Below, in pieces: positions 17,868 through 28,993 of a stretch of 63,898 bases of DNA (position 1 is its first letter; each line of letters starts with the position of its first letter). Origin of the DNA: Desulfobacula sp. (GTDB lineage Bacteria > Desulfobacterota > Desulfobacteria > Desulfobacterales > Desulfobacteraceae); assembly GCA_018702715.1 (NCBI GenBank), contig JABIYQ010000120.1, positions 1 to 63,898 on the forward strand. Direction: 5' to 3'. Made by a program: the position numbers and the translations under genes. The notes under the pieces are model-generated. The model saw only the letters and a list, made by a program, of their open reading frames with translations, made no database searches and was not told the origin of the DNA.

Positions 17868-19292
17868 CTAATCTGAGATTTCCGTTTTAAGTTGAATATT
17901 ATATTTGTCGATTTTAGCGTGAAGTGTCGGCCTTGAAACCCTCAACATTTTGGCAGCCTGGGAACGGTTACCATTGGTCATTTTCAGTGCTTCTGAAACA
18001 ACAATACTTGAGATGGTGTCTATAAAATTATCAAAACTGTAATTTTCAGATTTATTGACTAATATTTGTCGGACCCATTCCCTGATGGTTTTTAATTCAA
18101 TCTCGCCATTTAATTCAATTTTTTTGCTTTTTTGAACCATATGTTCCAGGTCTGCTTCAGAAATCGGAGCACCCCTGTTAAAAATAAGTATTTTCTGAAT
18201 CAGGTTTGATAACTCCCTTATGTTTCCCGGCCAGCCATAATGATTCAGAAGCATTAAGGCGTTTTTTTGAATCCCGGGGTTATCAATCTTTAATTCATTG
18301 GAAAATTTAAACATAAAATATGAAATCAATCTATCAATATCTTCTTGGCGATCTCTTAATGCCGGGAGTTCTATGGTAACCACTTTTAATCGGAAATATA
18401 AATCTTCCCGGAATTTTGCTTCCTCAATAGCATATTCCAAATTTTTATTTGTTGCTGCAATGATTCGAACATCAACGGGAATGGTCTGCTCACCTCCCAA
18501 CCGTTCAATACTTTTTTCCTGTAAAAGCCTTAAGATTTTGGCCTGTATATTTAATGGCATGTCTCCAATTTCGTCCAGAAACACAGTGCCACCGTTTGCC
18601 TGTTCAATCTTACCAATGTGTCTTTGGGAAGCACCGGTGAATGCACCTTTTTCATAACCGAACAATTCACTTTCAAGCAGAGTTTCAGGAATGGCAACAC
18701 AATTAATGATTAAAAAGGCCTTATCCGAACGGATACCATGCTGATAGACTGCTCTTGCCACCAATTCTTTTCCCGTCCCTGATTCTCCCCGTATTAAGAC
18801 AGTTGCATCAGTTTGAGACACCCTGCCGATTGATTTATATACATTCTGCATTAGTTTGCTTTGACCGATAATAGCATCTCCTGACTGTTTGCCTGGAATA
18901 GCATCCATTTCAACGGGAGATCTCATAAAATATCCAGCCTCAATTGCCTGTTTGATCAAATCGAGCATTTCCGGAACTTCAAAGGGTTTGAGCACATAAT
19001 CGTAGGCCCCCATTTTAGTAGCTTCTATAGCGATGTCCGTTGTTCCATAGGCTGTTACGATAATCACGGGAAGTTTCAAATCTAGATCCTTAATCCGTTT
19101 AAAAGTTTCCATTCCGTTCATACCAGGTAAGCGCATGTCTAAAATAACTAGATCCAGTATATTCTGTTTAACGATTTCAATGCCTGCCTCTCCGGAAGCT
19201 GCGTTTAGTACAGCATAATTTTCTTCCTTTAAAAGCTTGCAAAAACTGATCCTTAACTGATCATCGTCATCTATCACTAAAATAGTATTCAT
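17868..19292 (-). CDS. Sigma54-dependent response regulator (REC-AAA+-Fis HTH), EBP1
   Basis: REC 'ILDMRLP', GESGTGKE, GAFTGA, FLDEIG, 'WPGNIREL', 'GNRSQAAKMLRVSRPTL'. Confidence 0.96.
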   Translation of the reverse strand: MNTILVIDDDDQLRISFCKLLKEENYAVLNAASGEAGIEIVKQNILDLVILDMRLPGMNGMETFKRIKDLDLKLPVIIVTAYGTTDIAIEATKMGAYDYVLKPFEVPEMLDLIKQAIEAGYFMRSPVEMDAIPGKQSGDAIIGQSKLMQNVYKSIGRVSQTDATVLIRGESGTGKELVARAVYQHGIRSDKAFLIINCVAIPETLLESELFGYEKGAFTGASQRHIGKIEQANGGTVFLDEIGDMPLNIQAKILRLLQEKSIERLGGEQTIPVDVRIIAATNKNLEYAIEEAKFREDLYFRLKVVTIELPALRDRQEDIDRLISYFMFKFSNELKIDNPGIQKNALMLLNHYGWPGNIRELSNLIQKILIFNRGAPISEADLEHMVQKSKKIELNGEIELKTIREWVRQILVNKSENYSFDNFIDTISSIVVSEALKMTNGNRSQAAKMLRVSRPTLHAKIDKYNIQLKTEISD

Positions 19293-19293
19293 T

Positions 19294-20772
19294 TTATGAG
19301 TCCTTTATGGGCAGAGTAATCAGAAAAGATGTCCCGTTGCCTTTTCCACTGGATACATCCAGCCATCCGCCATGCTCATTTATGATATTAAAGGCAATAT
19401 TAAGTCCAAGGCCTGTTCCCTCTTCTTTTGTGGTAAAAAAGGGATCAAATATTCGATCTCTTATATTTTGAGGAATTCCTTCCCCATCATCCATTATACG
19501 GATTACATCAACTTTTTTTAATGGTTCAACATATGTTTCTTCTTCGTAAATATTGATATGACCTCCTCTATCCATGGCTTCACAGGCATTAATTATGATA
19601 TTGACAATAACTTCTTTGAGTTGTTCCGGATCCAGTAATGTCTTGGCAAGGAGACCGTTGCGAATAATTTTTAATGTCACATGATAGGATTTTAATCTTT
19701 GTCCTAAAAGATAAACAGCACTGTCTACAACAACGGAGGGACTCATCTTTTTGATCAAAAGTTTTGGTGGGCGGGAAAATTCCAAAAAATTTTCAACAAT
19801 TTTGTTAATCTGCAATACTTCCCCGGATATTACAGTAAAATCTTCTTTTTGTGACTCTGAAAAGGAACAGGTTCGATTTAAGGAAAAAAGCCTCATCTTT
19901 ACAGATGTCAAGGGATTGCGAATACTATGGGCAATCCCCGCAGCCAGTTTGCCGACCAGAGCCATCTTTTCCGACTGCATCAATGATTCCTGGCTTCGTT
20001 TTAATTCCAAATGTGCCTGTTCCGTATTTTCTATAAGACTAAGGACGCTTTGTTCCAATGCGTCAACCTCGTTTTTAGCTTTACCCGGGCCACCCTTTGT
20101 GTCTGCCTGCAGTGCCAGTTTTCGGATAGGGGCCAAAATATGACGAGCAAAAATAAAATTAACCAAAAGGCTGAGAAGAATAACAATCACAACGCCCATT
20201 AATACCATATATCTCAATCGATTTGCTTCTTTCTGGCTAATTTCTATTGCTTTTTGTATCCTGTTTTTATGGAAGGACTTAAACAGTTCACATAATTCAA
20301 GTATATTAAAAAAAGATTGCCTTACCTCTTTATGAAGGATGAAGCCATTTTTATGATCCCCTGTCTTATATAATTCAATCACTTTATCCCTTGTTGCAAC
20401 ATAAACCTTATAGTCTTTTTCAATTTCAGCTATGGTTTTTTTTTCCCATGGTTCATTAATCAATGAATTGACCAACGTCAGATTTTGATCAAAAAGTATT
20501 CGGTATTTTTTTAACTGAACAAGCCAATCTGGATTGTTATCCAGAAAATAATAGGACACATACCCTTTCTGGTTGACCAGTGAAGTGCCCAGGGCTTCAG
20601 CAGACTGAAGTATTTCTACATTTTTGCTGATGATGTTTTTAAAGACGCCTTCTATTTTATAGGTATACCAAACCATCAGTACAGCGCCAATCAAAGAGAT
20701 GCACAATAGAATGGCATTGACCAGGTATACTCTGTTTTTAAGGCTTAGAGAGATTGAAAATTTATCAAACAT
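19294..20772 (-). CDS. Sensor histidine kinase (helical periplasmic domain, NtrB-like core)
   Basis: Two TMs; H-box 'GIAHSIRNPL', 'NACEAM', 'DDGEGI', '[16 protein letters not shown]'; 1 bp from EBP1. Confidence 0.95.
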   Translation of the reverse strand: MFDKFSISLSLKNRVYLVNAILLCISLIGAVLMVWYTYKIEGVFKNIISKNVEILQSAEALGTSLVNQKGYVSYYFLDNNPDWLVQLKKYRILFDQNLTLVNSLINEPWEKKTIAEIEKDYKVYVATRDKVIELYKTGDHKNGFILHKEVRQSFFNILELCELFKSFHKNRIQKAIEISQKEANRLRYMVLMGVVIVILLSLLVNFIFARHILAPIRKLALQADTKGGPGKAKNEVDALEQSVLSLIENTEQAHLELKRSQESLMQSEKMALVGKLAAGIAHSIRNPLTSVKMRLFSLNRTCSFSESQKEDFTVISGEVLQINKIVENFLEFSRPPKLLIKKMSPSVVVDSAVYLLGQRLKSYHVTLKIIRNGLLAKTLLDPEQLKEVIVNIIINACEAMDRGGHINIYEEETYVEPLKKVDVIRIMDDGEGIPQNIRDRIFDPFFTTKEEGTGLGLNIAFNIINEHGGWLDVSSGKGNGTSFLITLPIKDS

Positions 20773-20792
20773 GCCGATAGTTAACTTCCTTA

Positions 20793-21365
20793 TTATTTAA
20801 TGATGCTTTCTGATTTCAATTCTTTTCTGGCCTCACATATTTCCATGAAAATATCTGTCAGTCTTAATATTCCGACAATTTCTTCTCCCTGGCTCACCAG
20901 AAGGGATTGGTGGTGTCCCATGATCAACTGGTGTACGGCTTCATTCACTCCTGAATCTTCTTTCACATACTCACCTTCTGTCAGTTTATACATCACATCT
21001 GTTACGTTTTGTTCTCCAGCTTTGTGACAAATATCTTTTAAAGGTTCATACCATAATTCATACTGATCTAAAATGGATTTCATAAACTGAGGGCTAAACC
21101 CAAACCGGGAGACAGACTCTTTTTCTCCCAAAAGATCGTATTTTGGTTCTAAAGTCCTGATAACATCCATCTGGCTGATCTTCCCAAGGATCTTCCTGGT
21201 TTTTTTTTCACAGACAAGAATGGCCCTGTGCCTGTATCTGCTTTTATCAAATTTGGACTGAGCTGTTTCTAAAGCATCAATGGCATCAGACAGGGTAGCA
21301 TCTTCAAAAACAGTTGCATACTCAGTGAGCGGCACCATTAAATCTTTCACCAGTATTGTCTTCAT
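20793..21365 (-). CDS. CBS-domain protein
   Basis: 'VKDLMVPLTEYATV', 'HRAILV...GKISQMD', 'VGILRLTDIF'. Confidence 0.88.
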   Translation of the reverse strand: MKTILVKDLMVPLTEYATVFEDATLSDAIDALETAQSKFDKSRYRHRAILVCEKKTRKILGKISQMDVIRTLEPKYDLLGEKESVSRFGFSPQFMKSILDQYELWYEPLKDICHKAGEQNVTDVMYKLTEGEYVKEDSGVNEAVHQLIMGHHQSLLVSQGEEIVGILRLTDIFMEICEARKELKSESIIK

Positions 21366-21439
21366 AAAACATATTCCTCTGAAAATTACGATAGGTTATT
21401 TAAAACAAATTTAATTTCTTTTTCATAACAATGAAAATA

Positions 21440-21880
21440 TCACACATCCCCACTTCTTCGTAGAAGCAGCCTTACTTCAGCCTGCCGGATTCGTTCTTCC
21501 TGTTCGTCTTTTCTTATTCTGGCTTTTTCCAACTTGATTTTAATTTCATCAAAATCAGCTGGTTTCATCAGGTAATCAAAGGCCCCAAGTTTCATCCCCT
21601 CCACGGCAGTTTCCGTAGATCCGTGTCCTGTCATTAAAATAATTTCAACATTGGGGTGCAGGATCTTAATCTGCCTTAAGGTGGCAATACCATCCATGCC
21701 CGGCATCCTGATATCAAGAATGACAACGTCAATGGCCACATGTTCCAGTATTTTCAATGCCTCCTTGCCACTGTAGGCAATGGATACTTTTTCTCCCTGT
21801 CCCTGTAACCTAAGGGAAAACATTTCAACAAAATCTTTTTCATCATCAACTATGAGGACTTTGGCTGGTATTTTTATCAT
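21440..21880 (-). CDS. Single-domain response regulator
   Basis: VDDE, 'ILDIRMPG', TGHG, 'DYLMKP'; short helical tail only. Confidence 0.93.
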   Translation of the reverse strand: MIKIPAKVLIVDDEKDFVEMFSLRLQGQGEKVSIAYSGKEALKILEHVAIDVVILDIRMPGMDGIATLRQIKILHPNVEIILMTGHGSTETAVEGMKLGAFDYLMKPADFDEIKIKLEKARIRKDEQEERIRQAEVRLLLRRSGDV

Positions 21881-21905
21881 GCCTGCTCACTCCTTAATTC
21901 ATTTA

Positions 21906-23069
21906 TTATTGTTTCACCACTTCTTCACTTTCAAATCCCCTGGGTAGTTTGATGATAAAAGAAGTTCCCTTACTCAATATGCTTTTAACCTCAATCTCAC
22001 CTTTAAGATTGGTAAGAAGTTTATGGACCACAAACAGTCCCAAACCAGTCCCTTCATCAAAGGATTTGGTTGTAAAAAACGGATCAAATATCTTCCCTAA
22101 ATTTTCTTTGGGTATCCCAAAACCGTTATCCTTAATTTCAAAAATGATATTATCATTGACTTCACACATGGACAAAATAATGGAACCGTTTTGCTCCACT
22201 GCATGAATAGCATTGTTCAAAAGGTTCATAAGTATCTGCCGAATCTGATAAGGATCACTCCAGAGAATATTTTTTTCATCATAGATTTTCCGGGTCACCG
22301 TTATATTTTTCTGTTCCAGTTCTTTTTTTAACAGGCCCAATGTTTCACACAGTAATTCCTTAAGGTTAACTTCACAAAATTGCGATTCCTGTTTTTTTAC
22401 ATGACCCAGAAGCTGATGGGTTATCTTTCGGGCTCTCTTAATACTTTTTTCTATTTTTTCTATTCCCATCAGCAATTTTTCTTTCAGGGGGTACTTAGAC
22501 ATTTCCGGTGCACTGATTACCTGTTTCATAAACCCGGCTGATTCATTGATAATAGCCAGAGGATTGTTTATTTCATGGGCAATGCCCGTGGACAATGTGC
22601 CAAGAGATACAAGCCGTTCAGTGTCAATCATTTTTTTTTCCAGCTTTGCACGGTATTTACGTTGTTCGTGTTTTTCCTGTTCAAGCCTGGTCATTTCAAA
22701 GGCCTGTTTGATTTTATTTACCAGATGATCAATTTCCACAGGTTTTGTAAGATAATCAAATGCACCTGATTTTATTCCATCGATTCCATCTGAAACGGCA
22801 ATGTTGCCGGTTAAAAGAATTACCTGAACCTTTTTATACACCTGTTTAATCGCTTTTAATGTATCAATACCGCTTATCCCGGGCATTTTAACATCCAGAA
22901 CAACCACATCCAAAAGCTCTTTACCGAGAATGTTCAGGCATTCTTCTCCACTTGAAGCCTGTACCGGGACAAATCCCCTTTTCCCAAGCCTCTTGGCGAT
23001 TGTCATCCTGAACCCTTCTTCATCGTCAACCAGAAGAAGGCGGATCTTATTATTATAAAGTTTGTTCAT
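21906..23069 (-). CDS. Cytoplasmic REC-histidine kinase hybrid
   Basis: N-terminal REC 'VLDVKMPG' then '[10 protein letters not shown]', 'NNAIHA', 'DNGFGI', 'GTGLGL'; no TM. Confidence 0.93.
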   Translation of the reverse strand: MNKLYNNKIRLLLVDDEEGFRMTIAKRLGKRGFVPVQASSGEECLNILGKELLDVVVLDVKMPGISGIDTLKAIKQVYKKVQVILLTGNIAVSDGIDGIKSGAFDYLTKPVEIDHLVNKIKQAFEMTRLEQEKHEQRKYRAKLEKKMIDTERLVSLGTLSTGIAHEINNPLAIINESAGFMKQVISAPEMSKYPLKEKLLMGIEKIEKSIKRARKITHQLLGHVKKQESQFCEVNLKELLCETLGLLKKELEQKNITVTRKIYDEKNILWSDPYQIRQILMNLLNNAIHAVEQNGSIILSMCEVNDNIIFEIKDNGFGIPKENLGKIFDPFFTTKSFDEGTGLGLFVVHKLLTNLKGEIEVKSILSKGTSFIIKLPRGFESEEVVKQ

Positions 23070-23105
23070 GCTTTATCCTTTATAATCCTTTTGTAAATAT
23101 TATCC

Positions 23106-24686
23106 CTAAATTAAACCCAATATTTTCCACCACACACCTGCAACAATGACTAAAACCGTCAGTAAAATAGGTGTGGCAACCAGTCCGACCTTTGTAAGGT
23201 CTGATGATTTAAAATATCTATAACTGTAGGCAATGGCATTAGGAGGACATCCGATTACAAGGAGCATTGCAAAGGAGGTAGCCATCCCGAGACAGAGAGC
23301 AAGAATCGTCGGATCAACCCCTTCAAGCTGTGCTATGGGAATGACAATGGGGAGAATCAGAGCGGCCGCTGCAACATTGGCCATTGCGTTTGTTACCAAA
23401 GCACCGAAAATACCCACACCAATGAAAAGGACCAGCCATCCCTTTCCCTGGATCAGAGGAAAGAACAAATTGGCAAAATAATCTGCTGCTCCTGAATATC
23501 CCATGGCAAGACCCAGTGAAATGCCACCGCCAAATATAAACAAAGCAGTTCCCCATTCCAGGTTATCATTGATATCTCTCCACTTTAATGCTTTGAACAA
23601 TACCAGGGCAGCAACTCCCAGCATACCAGTTACGGAATAATCAATGCCATGAAGCCCTTTGGTCAACCAGAGCATAAATGAAAGGGCAATAATGGTCATG
23701 GTTTTTTTCTCAAGCGTTGTCATAGGTCCTAAATCTTCATCAAACTCCGGCAAGGTGTACTTCGGGTCTGGTCTGTAAACCAGGTATACAATGAATACAG
23801 CAATGGGAACAGTTATTATAGCTGCCGGCATGGCATATAACATCCATTGAAAAAAGGTGATCTCAATTCCTGTAAATTCTTTTAAAAAAGCAGCAGAGAC
23901 CATGCAGCGTCCTCCCCCGACAAGGGTTCCCATGCCACCGCTTGAGCATGCAAAGGGTAATGACAGCATCATAAACTTTGCAGTGTTGGTATTGGGTTCA
24001 ATGCCGGCCGCCCGCATCAGCGGCAGCATTGTCACAATCCCTATGGCACAGGCAGCGGCATCATGCATAAAAGATGATGCAAGCCCGAGCCCGATGGCAA
24101 TAATAAAGGTAAACCGGGTAATACTGTTTCCGGCTTTTTTTATAATATAATATCCCAGTCGTTTTGTTAAGCCCGCTTTATCAAGGGCAATGGCAAAAAT
24201 CAGGCAGCACATGATAAAAATGACCACGGGGTGCATATAAGGTGCCCATGCACTTTTTACATCAGTAATCTGCATGACAACCAGGGAAACCCCGATTAAG
24301 ACTGCTGTTATTTCTAAAGGGATGGGCTCGATGACAAATAATATGACAAGAACAGCAAGAATGGCTAAAAATCGTTTTGCCTTTGGCGAAAGTCCGTCAA
24401 CATAATCTACTTCCACTGCATTTAGATTCAAATCCTTTGCTTTTTGATCTAAAAATTTAGCACTTGCCTCAAGCGATCCAGGTGCTTTTGCTTTTAAAAT
24501 ATATGATTCTTTTTCAGCTTTTTTAACAGGAGTAACAGCAAAATGCTCTGTGACATTCTGCATAATTATTCTGCTCGTATCGCCTGTAATCTTAAATTGT
24601 GTTCCTTCCGGTCTTGGCAGCAGAAAAACAATAACACCTATCAACACCGCAGCACCAAGTTTAAATCCATTGGTCTTATAAAACAT
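23106..24686 (-). CDS. DASS/SLC13-family anion transporter (DASS1)
   Basis: 'EPIPLEITA', 'GLTKRL', 'LEWGTALFIFGGGISLG', 'FAMLLVIGCPPNAIAY'. Confidence 0.9.
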   Translation of the reverse strand: MFYKTNGFKLGAAVLIGVIVFLLPRPEGTQFKITGDTSRIIMQNVTEHFAVTPVKKAEKESYILKAKAPGSLEASAKFLDQKAKDLNLNAVEVDYVDGLSPKAKRFLAILAVLVILFVIEPIPLEITAVLIGVSLVVMQITDVKSAWAPYMHPVVIFIMCCLIFAIALDKAGLTKRLGYYIIKKAGNSITRFTFIIAIGLGLASSFMHDAAACAIGIVTMLPLMRAAGIEPNTNTAKFMMLSLPFACSSGGMGTLVGGGRCMVSAAFLKEFTGIEITFFQWMLYAMPAAIITVPIAVFIVYLVYRPDPKYTLPEFDEDLGPMTTLEKKTMTIIALSFMLWLTKGLHGIDYSVTGMLGVAALVLFKALKWRDINDNLEWGTALFIFGGGISLGLAMGYSGAADYFANLFFPLIQGKGWLVLFIGVGIFGALVTNAMANVAAAALILPIVIPIAQLEGVDPTILALCLGMATSFAMLLVIGCPPNAIAYSYRYFKSSDLTKVGLVATPILLTVLVIVAGVWWKILGLI

Positions 24687-24727
24687 ATCTTCTCCTTAAC
24701 AGCTCAACTCATATTTGTATTTTTTTG

Positions 24728-25147
24728 TTATTCCGAAAGAGATTCCTTTGGCAACTCTTGTTGATGTCTATGTGCTTCGTGGATTTTATCCATTAACTCC
24801 GAAAGTTCGCAAGGTTTGCTCAGGTAATCAAATGCGCCAAATAAGATTCCTTCTTTGGCAGCTGTCTGGGATCCGTGTCCTGTCAGTATAATCACAGGAA
24901 GTTCGGGAATCATCTTTTTGATAACCTTTAAAACCTCAATTCCATCCATGTCTTCCATTTTTAAATCCAGAACCACCACATGAAAATCTTGTTTTCGCAG
25001 AATCTGTATTGCCTCCGTACCGCTAAACGCCTTTGTCGCATTAATGGACCGCTTGGACAGCCTGTTAGACAAGACATTTAAATATCCTTTTTCATCGTCG
25101 ACTAACAGGACGTTTATAGTCATCTGTTTTTTTTTACCTGGGCTCAT
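24728..25147 (-). CDS. Single-domain response regulator
   Basis: VDDE, 'VLDLKMED', LTGHG, 'DYLSKPC'. Confidence 0.93.
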   Translation of the reverse strand: MSPGKKKQMTINVLLVDDEKGYLNVLSNRLSKRSINATKAFSGTEAIQILRKQDFHVVVLDLKMEDMDGIEVLKVIKKMIPELPVIILTGHGSQTAAKEGILFGAFDYLSKPCELSELMDKIHEAHRHQQELPKESLSE

Positions 25148-25163
25148 GATCTTAGCCTTTCCC

Positions 25164-25595
25164 CTATGGCCGCCGACCTGTAATTTCTTTTATACGGGCC
25201 TCCATAATTTTTTCTTCATGCCCTTTTTTCTTTGAAGCGGCATCATTTACTTTGGCTACCAGCACATCAATATCACAGGGTTTCATCAGGTAATCAAATG
25301 CGCCTATCTGCATCCCGTCAATTGCAGTTTCTACGGTGGCATGACCTGTCAGCATTATCACCTCCACAAGGGGGAATTTTTTTTTAATTTCAATCAATGT
25401 CTGTATGCCATCTATACCCGGCATTTTTACATCAAGGATGACCACTTCAATGGTTTTATCGTTCTCAAGCCTGATTAGCGCATCTTTCCCGCTGTAAACC
25501 GCAGAAACTTTTAAATCTCTTTTTTCCAGACGTTTGGTAATTGTATCAAGAAATGCTTTTTCATCATCCACGAGCAATAATTTAATATTATCCAT
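25164..25595 (-). CDS. Single-domain response regulator
   Basis: VDDE, 'ILDVKMPG', LTGHA, 'DYLMKPC'. Confidence 0.93.
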   Translation of the reverse strand: MDNIKLLLVDDEKAFLDTITKRLEKRDLKVSAVYSGKDALIRLENDKTIEVVILDVKMPGIDGIQTLIEIKKKFPLVEVIMLTGHATVETAIDGMQIGAFDYLMKPCDIDVLVAKVNDAASKKKGHEEKIMEARIKEITGRRP

Positions 25596-25612
25596 TTTTA
25601 TTTTCCTTATAG

Positions 25613-27331
25613 TTAGCTTTGATTATCTGTATCTTCAGTTGAATCCACCTGAAAAGGTATCCAAATTCGGAATTTAGTCCCAACGCCGACCTGACTGTAA
25701 ACATCAATTTTTCCCCCCATCTTTTCGATGATGCCATAACATATTGAAAGTCCCAGACCCGTACCTTTCCCCACTGCCTTTGTTGTAAAAAAAGGATCAA
25801 ATATCCTGGCGAGATTATCATTAGCTATGCCGGGACCGTCATCTTCAATTGAAATCAACAGATGATTTTTTTCAATTTTACTGACCCTGGTTTCGATCAA
25901 AATTTCCCCTCCGATTTTTTCCATGGCATCAATGGCATTATTGATTAAATTAAGAATCACCTGTTGCAGTTCAGATGGAGATATCCTGATATACGGAATA
26001 TTATCCATAAGGTTTGTTTTAATAAGAACATTGTTATACCTGGCCATCTGAGTTGTCAGAGAAACAATTTCCTTTACTGAATCATTAATTTGAACATCAT
26101 TGATTGTGGAGTCTGTTTTTCTGGCAAAACTAAGCAGTTTGTGGGTAATTTCCTTACACCGTTTGCCCTGGGTATTGATCTGACGCAGCGCACGCTTGAA
26201 TTCATCTAAGTTTTCAGATTCATTTAAATCCTCTTCTTCAAGAAGGTCATCTATCCATCCTGCCTCTTCAACCATGATGGCAACGGGATTGTTGATTTCA
26301 TGGGCAATGCCTGCGGCAAGTTCACCGATCGTGGCCAGTTTGCCACTTTCAACAACCTGCTTGTTCATGACCTCGCTTTTTTTATCTGCACTGGAAATAA
26401 GTTTTATAATATTGCTGGGAAGGGTAATGGCGACAAAAAGAATGGCAATGCATCCTAAAATAAATATGACCAGAGTTAGAACCTGTGTTTTCCATAAGTC
26501 ATGGAAGGCATCATTAATATCCTGACGAAACACCATTAACCAGTCAATATTTTTAAGCATGGAGGACACATATAAATAATTGTTTCCTGAGGTGTCCTGT
26601 TTTTCTGTAATTATTGTTTCATTATTTTTATAGCTGTTACGATCCTTCATGGATGCGATAATTGATGGGTTGAGTCCTTTTTCCGTTTGGGTCTGCAGTT
26701 GGCCTTTTTCATTGATAATAAAGGCTATACCGGTTTTCCCGATATGGATATTCTCCACCAGGGAATTAAAGGCTCCAAAATTGATGGTGGATCGTAAAAT
26801 ATAATCAAAACCATTGGATTTAACTTTTACTGCGATGATAAAATGAGGATGCCCTCTTAAACCGACAAAGACATCACTGATATAAAAAGGTTTATCTATG
26901 GCTTTTAAAAACCATTCCGCGTCTTTGTAATCTGCATTTTCAAAATTGAACGGCCCTTCATAAGCAAACTGAAGGCCATTTTTGTTGACCAGTCCTAAAT
27001 CAGTAAACACATCCCCATATTCATTTTTTAACAATTTCAGGTGTTGTTTTAAAAATATCTCCGGTGATAGCTGCCTTGTATCAAACTGCCGGGCCAGGTA
27101 TTGAATATTTCCTAATTTTTCTGATAAAAAGGTATCAATGTTCTGGGTGTGCTTTTTAACCAGTTCTGAAATATGGGCCTGGATTTTTTCAGAATAGGTC
27201 AGATGAAATCGATAAAACAATATACCTGTGGTTAACATCATGGGAAAGAATGAGACAACTAAAATCAGGATGGTAATTTTTCTGGTCAATACCTGATAAA
27301 ACGTTTTTCGATCTGTTAAGGATTGTCCCAT
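25613..27331 (-). CDS. Cache-type sensor histidine kinase
   Basis: Periplasmic 'DLG...AYEGPF...Y...WF...[18 protein letters not shown]...LRSTI'; H-box '[10 protein letters not shown]'; N, G1, F, G2 boxes intact. Confidence 0.95.
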   Translation of the reverse strand: MGQSLTDRKTFYQVLTRKITILILVVSFFPMMLTTGILFYRFHLTYSEKIQAHISELVKKHTQNIDTFLSEKLGNIQYLARQFDTRQLSPEIFLKQHLKLLKNEYGDVFTDLGLVNKNGLQFAYEGPFNFENADYKDAEWFLKAIDKPFYISDVFVGLRGHPHFIIAVKVKSNGFDYILRSTINFGAFNSLVENIHIGKTGIAFIINEKGQLQTQTEKGLNPSIIASMKDRNSYKNNETIITEKQDTSGNNYLYVSSMLKNIDWLMVFRQDINDAFHDLWKTQVLTLVIFILGCIAILFVAITLPSNIIKLISSADKKSEVMNKQVVESGKLATIGELAAGIAHEINNPVAIMVEEAGWIDDLLEEEDLNESENLDEFKRALRQINTQGKRCKEITHKLLSFARKTDSTINDVQINDSVKEIVSLTTQMARYNNVLIKTNLMDNIPYIRISPSELQQVILNLINNAIDAMEKIGGEILIETRVSKIEKNHLLISIEDDGPGIANDNLARIFDPFFTTKAVGKGTGLGLSICYGIIEKMGGKIDVYSQVGVGTKFRIWIPFQVDSTEDTDNQS

Positions 27332-27388
27332 TCCGGTTTTCCCTTTTTACATTTTTTCCATACTCAAAACCTTTCGTTTTTCTTATTA

Positions 27389-27403
27389 TCAAGATATATG
27401 CCA
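27389..27403 (-). promoter_or_regulatory. Sigma54 -24/-12 promoter (operon 27331 to 17868)
   Basis: TGGCATATATCTTGA (GG-N10-GA variant). Confidence 0.7.
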
Positions 27404-27490
27404 GGCAATATTAATAAATTTTATTAGATACAATCTACTGAAAACATTATACAAATCATCATATAAAAATTATTAACAGTCCCATGTGAG

Positions 27491-27507
27491 TGTCAGCTTA
27501 TTTTACA
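27491..27507. promoter_or_regulatory. Class A enhancer-like motif
   Basis: TGTCAGCTTATTTTACA; near-identical copies at 49440, 51409, 56724, 62809. Confidence 0.7.
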
Positions 27508-27560
27508 CATTGCAAACCCTAACGTTGCATAAAAATTCCTCGCTGCTCACTGCAACAGGT

Positions 27561-28427
27561 TCAAATTTTGGGACCGGTCATAAAGAAATAAGTTGCCACA
27601 CCAGCGATAGCCAGCCAAATATTGGTAATATTACTTACGGTAATATTTAAAATGGCTGCCAGGTATTTCCGGCGATTTAAAAGTGCTAAACAACATTTGA
27701 ATTCTGGCCAGCTTGAAAGAGTGGCCAGAACGAAAAATCCGATCACCCCTTTTGGGGCATGACATTGCTGGGAGGCAAAGCTGACAACGGGGTCAAGAAA
27801 ATAGCCGGCAAAAATTAATACAACAATGGCTGGAATCATACTCCATTTTGCAATAAATTCTTCCTCCATAGACTCCTCAGCCTCTTCCGGCGGCCTTTTA
27901 ATAAACAACACCCCGCTCACAGCAAGGGCTATCACCACCCAAAACATATGATAATGAATCGGAACTGCATAAAAACTTACGGCCAGACCGGCTGTAAGCA
28001 GGATGCAGGTCAAACTATATCTCCAATTTGTTTTAAGTGTTTTCAAAAACACGCGACAAACCAGTGCCGCCGTTATTAACAGAATCGGGTTCATAAAATT
28101 TGAGCCCAGGGGAGTGCTGGCAGCAAACAGAACATCCCCCACTAAAAGACCGACGATTAAGCAAACAAGCTCTGGCCCGTTAGTGATGAAGCCTGTGATC
28201 GTGCCCAAACCTCTAACATCCTTGAGGGTCTCGATAATGACCTCAATGGATAATCCGATCAAAATCATTACCAGCACAACCCCTCCGGCCGCTATGAACG
28301 ACTGGTTGAAGTTTCCATTGAATATCAAAGAACAGCCACAAAAAAAGGTGATAACCAAAATCCAACATATCATGTCAAGCCGGCCTACAGAATTTACCAG
28401 GAATTGTTTCATGGCTTTCTCCCACAT
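27561..28427 (-). CDS. Cation/Ca2+ exchanger (CaCA)-like membrane protein
   Basis: Two alpha-repeat-like motifs 'TNGPEL...LGSNFMN' and 'SSWPEF...VSNITN'; about 9-10 TMs. Start may be 28410. Confidence 0.7.
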   Translation of the reverse strand: MWEKAMKQFLVNSVGRLDMICWILVITFFCGCSLIFNGNFNQSFIAAGGVVLVMILIGLSIEVIIETLKDVRGLGTITGFITNGPELVCLIVGLLVGDVLFAASTPLGSNFMNPILLITAALVCRVFLKTLKTNWRYSLTCILLTAGLAVSFYAVPIHYHMFWVVIALAVSGVLFIKRPPEEAEESMEEEFIAKWSMIPAIVVLIFAGYFLDPVVSFASQQCHAPKGVIGFFVLATLSSWPEFKCCLALLNRRKYLAAILNITVSNITNIWLAIAGVATYFFMTGPKI

Positions 28428-28431
28428 TTTT

Positions 28432-28941
28432 TTAAAGATTATTTATAGAAAAGTATAACTTCCAATTAAGCATTTTTCCGATGTGCCCTAAATATTTTGT
28501 ATGTGTTTCAGATAAAATTTGTTTAAAGGCGTGAAAAACTCCTTCCAGAAATCCCGGATTTTTTAAGTTCAGGTAGTATAAAACAATGGACATTAACACT
28601 GCGATCCAGATGAGGATAAACACGGTGGCAAAAACCCAGTTTTTTTTTAGTATCAAGGGTTGATTCACAGCTTTTTCCCTTGATTCTTCCATGATTTCAT
28701 CTGGAATTAATTTGATTGAAAGCAGGATCAATAATGGAAGAATTAAAAGGTCATCCACATACCCCAAAATGGGAATAAAATCCGGAATAAAATCAATTGG
28801 ACTTAAAGCATATCCCAAAGTAAACAAAATGATAATTCTGGGTAACAGGGTAATTTCAGGGTGCTGATATGCATAATAAATCGAGATGAGTTCATCTTTA
28901 AGCCTTTTTACCTTTGTTTTAATTTTTTCCAATAGTTTCAA
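28432..28941 (-). CDS. YkvA/DUF1232-family membrane protein
   Basis: 'YALSPIDFIPDFIPILGYVDDL'; TTG start at 28941 after GGAG RBS. Confidence 0.88.
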   Translation of the reverse strand: MKLLEKIKTKVKRLKDELISIYYAYQHPEITLLPRIIILFTLGYALSPIDFIPDFIPILGYVDDLLILPLLILLSIKLIPDEIMEESREKAVNQPLILKKNWVFATVFILIWIAVLMSIVLYYLNLKNPGFLEGVFHAFKQILSETHTKYLGHIGKMLNWKLYFSINNL

Positions 28942-28993
28942 AAAAACTCCCGTAAAGTTTTTTTTCCGGCTCCTGCATTTCATATCAAACCGA

